DNA of 61,577 nt from Salpingoeca rosetta (lineage: Eukaryota; Protista; Choanoflagellata), in NCBI GenBank assembly GCA_033442325.1, contig JAWQFM010000011.1, forward strand, positions 875,575-937,151. The letters run 5' to 3'. Positions 33,724 to 49,854 of this stretch are shown one piece after another. The position numbers and the translations under genes are program-made. A model generated the notes under the pieces. That model saw nothing but the letters and a program-made list of their open reading frames with translations, ran no database searches and was not told where the DNA came from. The stretch's first letter is position 1. Every line of letters begins with the position of its first letter.

Positions 33724-33772
33724 TTAAGCACTGGACGAAGAAGGGACTGGAAGGTGGATGAGCGGGCCACTA

Positions 33773-33843
<71 letters not shown>

Positions 33844-34686
33844 CTGCTGCTGCACAGGAGCCGTGGTGGCAACAGCGCTGCTGGTGCTGGTGCCAGGGCC
33901 ACTGCTGGGCTTGGCTGCGTGTGCAACTGATGGGGCCGCAGAGGGAAGCGAGTGTGGCACGCCATTGGATGGCGCCAGCTGCATCGGGGGAAAGTGCGGC
34001 TGCGTCGTGTACTGCATCTGCTGCGACGTGTCTGGGAACACCTGGTGGTGTGAAAACGGCGGCATGTGCGATGATGCCATGGGTGCGCTGGTGCTCGCCA
34101 TGGCAGCCGCTGCCGGCCGCGATCCCCTCGACCCTCCCCGGGCACCGCCAGCACGGGCTTGGTGGGAGCCAAACACCGACAAGGGTGGCAGCACGCCCGA
34201 CATGGCAGTTGCTGCTGATGCTGATGGTGCTGTTGTTGTGGTCGTGGGTGTCGACGACGTCGGGGCTGTGGAGGCTTGTGCATCGCCCACGTGGGCGGCA
34301 GCCTTCTCCGTGGTGCTGCTGTGACTAGCAGTGGTTGTGGTTGTGGTGGTGGTGGTGGTGGTGGTGGTGGTTGCGGTGGTTGCGTGGGCGGTGGCGGCGT
34401 CCTCTTCACTGCCGTNNNNNNNNNNNNNNNNNNNNNNNNNNNNNNNNNNNNNNNNNNNNNNNNNNNNNNNNNNNNNNNNNNNNNNNNNNNNNNNNNNNNN
34501 NNNNNNNNNNNNNNNNNNNNNNNNNNNNNNNNNNNNNNNNNNNNNNNNNNNNNNNNNNNNNNNNNNNNNNNNNNNNNNNNNNNNNNNNNNNNNNNGAATT
34601 CCTCCACATTCTTATTTTTCAAAAAGATCAATAAATTTTGGATAATCATTATGCATAGTAATATAGGTAAAAATAATTTTTAAATA

Positions 34687-34757
<71 letters not shown>

Positions 34758-35365
34758 GGGGGTTAAGGTTGGGGGTTGGGTGAGGGGAGGAGATGTTTGC
34801 AAACAGCAACATGTGTGTGTGTGTGTTGTGCGTGAGCAAAACAGCACGACGAGTGGTGCAAACAACACACGATGCACACAACGACACATGTACATACATA
34901 CATACATACATGCGTACATACATGCATATATACATAAACGATGCACACCATGCATGACACTGCACAGGCATGACTCACGCGAGCAAGCTTGGCAGCGGCG
35001 TAGAGCAGCGTGTCCTGGTGAATGCCATCTTCCACGCCAATTGCCGACAGATCCTGACCAGTCAGCAAGAACATGCATGCATGTGTGTGTGTGTGTGCAA
35101 CAGTGCAGGTCATTCCATCAGCGGCTGCAGGCGGATGTGTATGTGTGGGGGGGGGCCAAACAGGGGAGAACAACGGCATGAAGCGAGAGCGCTGAGGACA
35201 CAAAGCAGCGTGCGTGCGTGGATGCACGTTGTTCGCGGCTCACGTTGAGGTCGAGGTGCTCCAGGACTTCAAGGTCGTCAAATCCGCTGCCCATAAACAG
35301 CGGCTGATACTGCGTCAACCCCAGTCGTGCCAGGAACCTGTAGGAAATGCACAAGTGGTGTTGTT

Positions 35366-35407
<42 letters not shown>

Positions 35408-36720
35408 GCGTGTGTGCGTGTGCGTGTGTGTGTGTGTGTGCGTGTGCGTGTGCGTGTGCGTGTGCGTGTGCGTGTGTGTGTGTGTGCGTGTGCGTGTGCG
35501 TGTGCGTGAACGAGCAGCCGATGCGACAAGCACAACACAAGATCACCCCGACCACACCAACACCACCGCCGGCTGTGTTGTTGCTTACTCCGGCACGCTG
35601 GCGACATCGTGGATGTTGTCGGGAATGACAATGGCACCTGCAGACCGATTCCACGGAACACTGATGTGATGCACGCACATCAACCATGTGTGCATGTGTG
35701 TGCATGTGTGCGTGTGGGTGGTTGTACATAAGTGGAAATTCACGAGAGTAATGCGGTGATCTAGAGCGAATGCATGTGCACCCAAGCGCCAACAACAGGC
35801 CCTTACTTGACTTGGTTTGTCTTGAGAGCCTCTGCAATGCGGCGGATAATGTGGTAGTTGGCGCGGCCTTTGATCTGCAAAAAAAAAAAAAAAATCCAAA
35901 ACACATTGCGCGTGAGGGCACACATCGGTCCGCACACACGCACACACGCACACACACAAATGTATTTACACACACGCACACACACATGCACATACAAACA
36001 CACAAATTTACACATACACACACATACACACACAAATGTATTTTCACACACATACACACACAAATGTATTTTCACACACATACACACACAAACACACATA
36101 TGTCCACATATACGCACACACACACACACCATGGTTTGCATCGCTTACGTTGAGGGAAAACGTATCGCTGTCTCTAAGGTCTGCATCCTGGCGTTTGCAG
36201 ATGGCGGTGATGCCACGCACCTTTCCTTTCTTCGCCGGATGTCTCACATCTGTACAACAGATAACATACGTGCAAACCAAGCAAATCAAATGCCAGTGAA
36301 TTAAACAACTTGCATGGCTTAATACTGCTGCTACTGTTGCCAAAAAGTACTCAACAAACAACATCGCCAGCCTCCTTCTCTCCCCTGAGCCGCTCGTTTC
36401 ACCCCACCACCACCATCGCCAATAGCACCACCATCTTCGGTGTCCTCCTTCCCCCCCCCCTTCGTTTTGCGATTGCGCACCTTTTCCCTGGTGCGACTTG
36501 GCGGCGCGCTTTGCCTGCTGGCGCTCCATGTTGCGGCAGTCCCGCGCAGGGCACGCACACACGCGCACGGCAACAGAGACCTGTGCAAGCAGCTGCGCAC
36601 TGCACACGCAGACGCCAGAAAACATCATGCGCACAAGCATGTGAGCATGCTTGCGAAGTGGAAGGGTGTGTGCAGTGACAAGAATGTGGCGCACAAGGAG
36701 CATTGGCAACGACTGCCACG

Positions 36721-36773
<53 letters not shown>

Positions 36774-37983
36774 GAGAACATGCGGACCCGTTGATGAGGG
36801 TGAAGACAATGTCAACGGGACGTCTGTTCATGCCACCGCTGCAGCTGGAGAAACAGCGCATTTTCAGCAGCAGCGTCTGGCACAGCAGGCCCTCTGCAAC
36901 GCAGCAAAACAGAGGGGAGAGGTGCAGCCAGAGGGCAATGGCGACACAATGCGGCGGTGAGTGCTCATTGGGGCTGAGGGGCGTGTGTAATTTGCGGGTG
37001 ACAATGTCAAAACACGAGCAGATGAGAGAGCAGAGACGAAGAACAAAATGAGGTGCAAACGCACCATCTTTTGATCGCTCAATGGGAACAACGAGATACG
37101 CCCGACCCTGTCAATTTCAGCACAGAACGTAATGATGGGGCATGTGACGCAACTGTGAGCAACAGCCAAGCGAGAGAGCAAAGGGGCGGGATATAGAAGC
37201 AGATGGAGATGGAGAGGGGAAAAGGGACCACGAACTCACATATGAAAGCACATGAACACACACACACACATGAACACACAAGAAAACACACACATACACA
37301 CAGATATGAAAACACATGAAAACACACACACACACACTCACGCTGGTGTCCATGTGATAGTCTGCAGTTGGCATCGTCGTCTGCAGCACGTGCTCAGCGT
37401 GTGCTACATGCAGTTGTGTATGTGTGTGTGTGTATGTGTGAGCGAGTGGAAGGATCGGAGAGAGGGGTTGGAAAAGGACAACTGTGACACCGACGTGGAG
37501 CGACGCGCACGTAGGTACACAAGCAAGCAGAACAGCTGTCCACACCCGCAGTGGCTCACGTGCAGTATCCTCTGCCAGATGCGTTGGGCAGCGAGGGATG
37601 GGGTGGGAGGGATCCTTGGAGAACTGCAGCTGAACATGCAGTTTCGCCGACTCTGGCACCGACTGGTTCAACGCACGCAAGGCAAAGCACCGCACCACAA
37701 CCACGCCACACAATATCGTGAGTGCAGGATCGCAGCGCAATCTGGACCAACGACAAAAAACGAGTGCATGCAACCAACCCATGCGGCTCAACACAACGCG
37801 CGCGTGCGCAGCCGCGCAAAACGCACCTCGGATGATGTGATTTGGACAGGGAACACCTGGTCAATGTTGGTGAAGAGCTGGTGCAAGGTGCCGCTGTACA
37901 TCCACGAGCTGGCCTTGGCACTACCGCGGGTGTCTGCCTCCATGTTGAGGTTGAGGGTGAGCGCCGACGACTGCTGCTCGTGG

Positions 37984-38028
<45 letters not shown>

Positions 38029-38230
38029 TGGTGATGGTGCTGCTGATAGTGCTGCGGCTCCCCCTCTTGCTGCTGCTGCTGCTGCCGCTCCTGTTGTTGA
38101 GCTGCGACAAGCCCTGTCCTGGTTGGCGATCGCGTCAGGTTCAGAAACTCCTCCGAAAACTGCACCGCAGTGTGTGCGCGTGTGTGTATGAGAGAGAGAG
38201 AGGGGGGGGGGAGGGAGGTAGGTAGGTAAC

Positions 38231-38265
<35 letters not shown>

Positions 38266-38828
38266 GCACGCACTGTGCACACACACTGTGCACACACACT
38301 GTGCACACGCACACACGCACACACACACGCACAGAGCAACGCACCCCGGGGACGTCGGAGGCGGCAATCTCGATGTTGGTGGTGCTCTCTGCCCACGAGA
38401 GCGGCGCAGAGGCATCAGGCGTCACATGGCGTATAAACGAGCTTGAGCATCGCGTCAAGCTGCCACAGTCACGCAATCATGAATGGGTGGTCACATCGTG
38501 AGTATTCATCGTAACGGTCCAACACACACACACACACACACACACACACTCATGAAGTCTTCGTTACCTCGCATGTACAAACAAACGCGCGCACACAAAC
38601 ACAAACACAAACACAAACACACGCACACGCACACACACACGCACGCACACACGCACGCACACACACGCACACACACACACACACACACACACTCTCTCTC
38701 TCTCTCTCTCCATCTGACCTTGGAGCTCGGCCGAGGGAGGAGATCCAGGTTGAGATGGACTCAGTGCTGGATCCTCGCAGGAGGTTGGCGAAGGAGGCTT
38801 GGCGACTCAGCCGGGCGTGTCCAGACAT
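33724..38828 (-). CDS. p53/p63/p73-family transcription factor (DNA-binding domain + oligomerisation domain + SAM domain)
   Basis: Phase-consistent splicing gives [88 protein letters not shown] (DBD); DTFSLN|[18 protein letters not shown] (OD); [31 protein letters not shown]|[17 protein letters not shown] (SAM). The Thr/Gln-rich tail after gap 34416-34595 is assigned by inference. Confidence 0.93.
33773..33852 (-). repeat. Coding (CAG)n(CAACAG)n polyglutamine tract in the p53-family gene tail
   Basis: Read directly; lies in the ORF that ends at 33724. Confidence 0.8.
36716..36773. repeat. (CCACGA)n hexanucleotide repeat in an intron of the p53-family gene
   Basis: About 9 tandem copies, read directly. 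Confidence 0.85.
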
Positions 38829-38993
38829 GTTTTGCGTGGCCAGCAACCTGCACGTGTGGAAAATCCACCCAAAATTATTTTCTCCTCGCGTAACCCCACA
38901 CACCACACACCACACACCACACACACGCTGACACATTCACCCCCCAATACGAAGCGATCAACCCCAACAACAGTGAGAAGCACCCCACAAAAG
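38829..38993. promoter_or_regulatory. Divergent spacer between the p53-family gene and DARS1
   Basis: 165 bp between the inferred start codons. Confidence 0.5.
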
Positions 38994-42972
<3,979 letters not shown>

Positions 42973-43446
42973 GAGTCATGATCGTGATGTGATGATGAGC
43001 GGTGCATGGATAACTTTGTGACACCACGCGACCCATACCCCCCCCCCCCAAAGACCAACCGAAACAAACAAAAACGTCGTTTCCTTCCAAATCTTAACTC
43101 CCTTAGACGCTCCCCCCTCCCCTCCTTCCACCCTTGCGGTCCGTTCGTCCACCCCAATACACGCCCTTAATGCCTGAACCCCAGCAAAGTCGGCTCAGTT
43201 GCTGTTATGTTTGTGGGTCTCTGCTGAACAATTCATTCAAACCATCATCACACAACAACGTGCCACAGAACAAGACCACAGTACACAGCCAAATAATACA
43301 CCCTGCTCTCTTCTTGTCAGACAGTTCGAACATACAAGGAGAGTGAGGCAGGGGAAGAAAGGTCGGTTCCAGGACAGCGAGAGTAACGCAATGGCGAGGG
43401 TGCAGCATGTGATGGCGTGTTGTTGTGTTTGGTCGCGCCGTCGCCA

Positions 43447-43752
43447 TCACTGCGCCATGGACATGTGTGCGGCGCCGAGCCTGGTGTCAATACCATGGAT
43501 CCAAGCGGAGAATGCCGAGTGGTGGCCGTCGTGGATGGATGTTATCCACTCGTGGTCCAGCAGGTGCCGTGCTGCGGGCCGCAGGTCGGGCTCCTTGATC
43601 AGGCACCTGGCAGTGCCGTGACGTTTGACGTGGAGTAGTGGTGGTGATGATTTGGGGGGGGGGGTGGAAAAGGCACATGTATGGCAGAGATGGAACCCAG
43701 CAACGTATGAACCACAACACAAACCATCGAGAATGCAGCAACACAGTGTAGG

Positions 43753-43848
<96 letters not shown>

Positions 43849-44178
43849 TCGAACAAAGTCGCGAAAGTCATGCGAGAACTCCGATGGCAGCTCTGGTGCG
43901 GGCTCGCTCACAATCACTTGCACCAGCTCAATTGGGGTCAGCCCACTCCTGCCCATTTGCCCATTGCAGGTGTCATGTGAGGTGGTGGTCCGTCAGCACG
44001 TCGTTGCGCTGGGTGGTGCTTATGCGTTGTGGTGCATTGGGAAACAGCAACGCTCGTGTCGTGCATGACATCACACAATCAAGGCAGCACGTGCGATGTG
44101 CCGACACACCTTCGAATCAAGTATGGAAACGTCCCCGTGGCAAGCTCTTGCAACGTCAGTCCAAGGCTCCACGTCTGC

Positions 44179-44261
<83 letters not shown>

Positions 44262-44865
44262 TGTGTGTGTGTGTGTGTGTATGTGTGTGTGTGTGTGAAA
44301 ATGATAACACGGGTGCAGAAGTTCTCACATACGCTACACCCAAACACAAGCAAGCATGCACATACCTCTGATCGCTCATTGTATGGCTGATGCTGTATTC
44401 TTTCCGGTGCCATGTATGCATTTGTGCCAACAAATGTCCTGGTCACTGATTGCTCCAACTCCCGGCTCACACCTGCCAACCAAGGAGCAAAGAACCGAGC
44501 ATGAGCATTGGACACGCATGTCAGAGATGGTGGCTCGGTGGAGGACAAACAGAACTCCACAACACACTGACCTCCACTAGGAATCGAACGAAACTTGCAT
44601 TGCTTCTCCAAAACACAACATGCCCTCATCACACACAGGCGCACACAAGCACAAATCAGGAATCAAATGAATCGACGTACCGAAATCACAGAGCTTGATG
44701 TGCCCTTGTCGGTTCACGAGGATGTTGGAGGGCTTCACGTCGCGATGCATCACCTTCACCTTTGACAGATAGGACAGACCGTCCAGCACAGAGCGCGTGA
44801 TCACCGCCAGCACGGGCTCGCTGATGATGCCGTGCCGATCTAACGACCCACCTGCATGGTTGTGT

Positions 44866-44904
<39 letters not shown>

Positions 44905-45582
44905 CGTGTATGTGTATGTGAATGTGTGCGATTGTGTGTTTGAATGCGAACGTGAATGCGTGTGTTTCTGTGTGTGCGAATGCGAATGAATGTGTACAAA
45001 CAAGCGTGCGAAGCGGAGGTGCACGACATGGTGCTGATCACGTGAACAGATGCAATCCGGCCAGCGGGTGAAACACAAGCAAGCAAGTCACGTTTGAACC
45101 CACCATCCATGTATTCTGTGCAGATGTGGATGCCGTTATCGCCAAAATACGTCCCAAAGTATGTGATGATGTGTGGGGAGCGGCACTGCAAATACGAACA
45201 ACGTAAGACATGGGTGGAAACCAAGGCGTCACGAAGAAGCCTCGAAAGTGGATCTTGTCACAATTGGTGCTGTCGGTTGGCAGCACCACCGACACTGCAC
45301 ACACACGCACACACACACACTCACTCACTCACTCACTCACTCACTCACTCACTCACTCACACTCACTCACTCACTCACACACACATATGTTCACATAGAT
45401 GCGCACCTTGTGGAGAATGTCGAGTTCCGTGACGATGCGCTGTTGTACAGCGGGACTCACGTCAAAGTCAATCACCTTCACCGCCATGATGGCATTGGTC
45501 GGGACGTGCCGCGCTCTGCACACACATACACACATATGGCAGGCGAAAAGTGAGGCATGACGTGACGTGGTGACAGCGACAC

Positions 45583-45645
<63 letters not shown>

Positions 45646-47064
45646 GGCTTGACCTGTAAACGGAGCCCGCTGCCCCACGACCAATGAGCTGGAAACCCGT
45701 GACGTCGCTTGGCTGAATCTGCAATGCCAAGCACAACCCGACAGTAACCATACGTGATGAGGAGGCTGCATTTCCCTGCCTGTGTTGTATGTGTGTCTGA
45801 ACGTCTGTCTGCACTTCCTTGCTTGTGTTTGAGCACCACATTGTATCTTGTGCCTGTCTTTGCGCGTGATGGAAAGTACGAGCATCACCTCTGTTGATTG
45901 CTCGTCCACCGCGTGCCTGACTGGCGCGTCCAGTTCCGTCGCCTGGCCTGTCTCTGGATTCACCTGCGAGCACGCACACACACACACACATACACACACG
46001 CGCAGACAGCGTTCAGCGTGGCATTGCTGGTGTGTTGGCCACCAATGAAAGCAACACGCGTGCGCGTACTGCAAAGACATTGCATGCGAGCCTTACCTGT
46101 ACGTACAGCCCAGGCCCTGCAGAGAGACGCAATCATGGCAAGCAAACAAGCACGTGGCCACAAAGCATTGATGAGGCACCTGTCACACATGAACCAAACT
46201 CATGGGCGTGCGCAAGCAAACAAGCAAACAAGCAAACAAGCAAACAACCAAGCAAGCGTGCAGTGTGACTAACGTTGATACTGCGGAACGGCGTGAATGA
46301 TCAACGCTTTGCTGTCGCTTCCCTGCCTCAACCACTGCAGCAAGAAATGACAGCACAACGGCACAGACGGTAGTCAAATGAGCCCCACGGGAGTGCCAAG
46401 ATGAGCACCACAGCAATGCTAGTAGCAACTCCCACACATACATACACATGAAAGCTAACAAGCGCACACACACATATAGCACTCACCCATTGTGTCATTT
46501 GATCCACGTCTGCTTGGCTTGTCACAGTGCAGTAATCCTCTTCATCGGCATCTGCACATGACACACATCGACACAGATGTATCAGACAACGTGCGTATTC
46601 AAACAACGGACACACACTCAACCCAGATGCGTCGAAGAATGTGCACATTCAAACACGCGAACACAAACACACGAGAGCGCGCAAGGGAAGTGGTAGACAC
46701 GCACAAAGGAATTGGTCAAAGTCTGCGTCGAAGACGTGTCGGAGCATCTCCTGTGGTTGGTGAGATTGGGCAGTTCAAAGTGACCACCATGTAGCAGCAC
46801 CGTGCGAGGGCAAAGGGTTGAACCAGTCACCCGCAGGAAGGCAAGGCCACTGGTGAGTTTCAAGCGGGTAGGATGACTGACTAGCAGTGCACCACCAAAC
46901 AAACAAGACTGAAGCATCCCCCCCCCCACCCCCAAGAGGCATGTCAAAGCGAGATCGCGCACGCACCATGAACGTATCAAAGGTGAGGGGAAAGTCCAAC
47001 GCAAGCTCGGCCGAGTGAATGCCGTCCTCCTTGTGAACATGGCAGACCACGTTTACTTTTGCCA

Positions 47065-47065
<1 letters not shown>
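43447..47065 (-). CDS. MAP2K5: MAP kinase kinase with an N-terminal PB1 domain (MEK5-like)
   Basis: PB1 acidic OPCA-like motif [18 protein letters not shown]. Kinase motifs [48 protein letters not shown] and activation loop [19 protein letters not shown] (the GTNAY form is MEK5-like). Confidence 0.88.
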
Positions 47066-47131
<66 letters not shown>

Positions 47132-47645
47132 TTGACGTCGACCTCGCGCGTTGGCCTTGTACGCGATGCTTGTCTAGTTGAGTTGGGAGGATGCTTGTTC
47201 ACTGCAGTGTGTTGCGCACTTTCAGGTCGTGGCTGCAGCACGCACGTGCAGTTGAGCTCGCCGCCTTCTCTCCACCACAGCCAGTCAGGCGGTGGTCAAA
47301 GCACGCCGCTGCTTCTGCTGTTGCACGAGCACAATCCTCAAACACGCACGCACCAAACCCCAAGGCACAACGCCACTCTTCTTCTGCTCTTTGGATTTTG
47401 CGCCAACAGAAACAGAGAAACAGCAAAAACAACAAGGGTTCAGTTGTTGTTGATTGATTGTCTCTCTCCTCCTTTGGCTGCTGGTGACTGTCGTTCGTTC
47501 CAAGCACTTCCCGCTCCCCGCGTTTGTTTGGTTGGTTGATTGCCTGCGGTGGCGGGTGTTGCGCGGTGGGCAGTGGTGGACAAGAGCAGGTCGAGGCAAG
47601 AGCTCGTGCAGGGGCAACGAGTGTGCAAGGAACACAACAAGAAGG

Positions 47646-47761
47646 ATGGCAGACGCGAAGAAGAAGCTTCACGCCATTCAAGAGCTGGTGTCAACGGAAG
47701 AAGCGTATGCCCGCGATCTTCGCGACATCCAGCGTGGCTACATTGACGCCATCCCAGACTC

Positions 47762-47831
<70 letters not shown>

Positions 47832-47899
47832 TGTCTGTGTCTGTGTCTGTGTCTGTGTCTGTGCGTCTGTGTGTCTGTGTGTCTGTGTATGTGTTTGTG

Positions 47900-47955
<56 letters not shown>

Positions 47956-49797
47956 CGTACCCACCCTCCCTCTGCATGGCTGTCTGTTTGTCTGTCTGTG
48001 CCCTTGTCTCTCCCTCTGTGCACCTGCCTGTCTGTGTATGCTGCTTGGTTCGCTCTTTCGCGCTCATCTCCGATCCCAACCACACACACACACATGTATA
48101 TGCACACACACACACACGCGCACGCATGCGCTGCCAGCTGCTGTCGCCCGAGGAAAAGTATGCCATCTTCGGCAACTGGAAGCAGCTCGTAACGTTCCAC
48201 GAGAAGTTTGCCGTGCAGCTCAAGACGGAGTTTGAGCGTTCACCGCAAACCATTGCCCGATGCTTTCTCGGCGTGAACTTCATCCCATTGTACACCCGCC
48301 CTTGCTGTTACCACGACCGGCAGCTCAGCATCCTCGCGCATCGACAGGTATGTCTCCACAAACAAGGCTGCACACACCCTGAATGCACCCAACGCACACG
48401 CACACGCGCGCGCATACACATACATACACACACACACACATTCATCTCGCTCACCACTTGACACGCTGTCATGGACACCAACGTATGCAGGAATCGGACA
48501 GTCAGCTCGCTGCGCTGTTGCACACATGTCAAGAATCGCTCGGGCACCGCCTGCCCTTGAAAGACTACCTCCTCACACCAGTGCAGCGCATCATGCGCTA
48601 TCACCTTCTCCTCGATGAGCAGGTATGTATGCGTGTCTGTCTGTGTGTATGCATGTGTCTGTCTGTCTGTGTATGTGTCTGTCTCTCTGTGCATGTCTGC
48701 CTCTCTGTCTGTCTGTGTATGTGTCTGTCTCTCTGTGCATGTCTGCCTCTCTGTCTGTCTGCCTGCCTCTCTGTCTGTCTGTTTGTCTGTGCACGCGCGC
48801 CTTTGTCTATGTGTCTGTCTGTCTGTGCGTGTGTGCGTGTCTCTGTGTCTATCACCCCGTCTGTGCATATGTGTGTGTGTGTGCCACTCTGACAGTGTGC
48901 ACCATATCAATCTGTCTGTGACTTCCCCATTTAATCCGTGGCCACGCATTTGGTGTTTCCCTTTTGCTGTTGGGTCACATCACGTCTTGCGAATGCGCCT
49001 TCGTGATGCAATCACACACACAACGCCGCCCAAACAGGTGAAGCGAACTGGAGACGAGGAAACGGGAAAAGCGCTGCTGCTTGAGGCGCACGCGAGCATG
49101 AAGGATGTTGCGCGCTCCCTCAACGACCGCCGCCGCGCCGTGCAGGTGCAGGACCTCATGCTGGGCTCCGTGTGGCTCACGCGTACAAAACCGCTGCACG
49201 AGCGCATTGTCGGCCTCACCGTCGACTTTGCCGAGCTGGGGCAGCTGCTGGCGTTCATCCCAGAGGCAAACCTGTTGATTGAGGGCAAGCAGGGGAAGCA
49301 CAGCCACCGCATGGTCCTCTGCTTCCGCTCCGGAATCATTTCGTGCAAGGAGCGCGAGAACAACATGCTCTCTGTCAAGGCGGAATACAACCTGGCCACC
49401 TGCCGCCTCAGGCTCTTGGACGCGCACCGCTTCTGCGTGGTAATCAAGGACGGCGGCAACGACTGGGACACGTACCACGTGGCGAATCTGGACTGCAAGG
49501 CGCTGCTCTCCGACATCTACCCAAGCGAGGCCGACGCGAGCGACGGCGCTTTGAGCCCAAACACGCGCCGCCACCGCATCCTCGGCAACGTGCTCAAGCC
49601 CTCCTCCCGTGACCGCGTGTTCTCCACGGGGAAGAGCAAAACGAACCTGATGGTCCCCGATGCATCGCCGCCAAAGACGCCTCGCGTGCACCTTGCATCC
49701 GACGAGGGCAGTGCAGAGTCTGTCGTGGATGATGACGCAAGCGAGCCGGTGCGTTCACGTCTGTGCTGCTGTTTGTTTGTTTGTTTGTTTGTTTGTT

Positions 49798-49854
<57 letters not shown>

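Noticed and set aside
31896-34649. 917-aa ORF suggesting a p53-tail/YDJC fusion
   Set aside because: It reads through two N gaps and introns. The p53-like tail is in another frame and stops at 33724.
34596-34690. AT-rich segment suggesting foreign DNA (similar atypical sequence at 1-200)
   Set aside because: It lies between a long microsatellite and a gap or edge, typical of degraded read ends.
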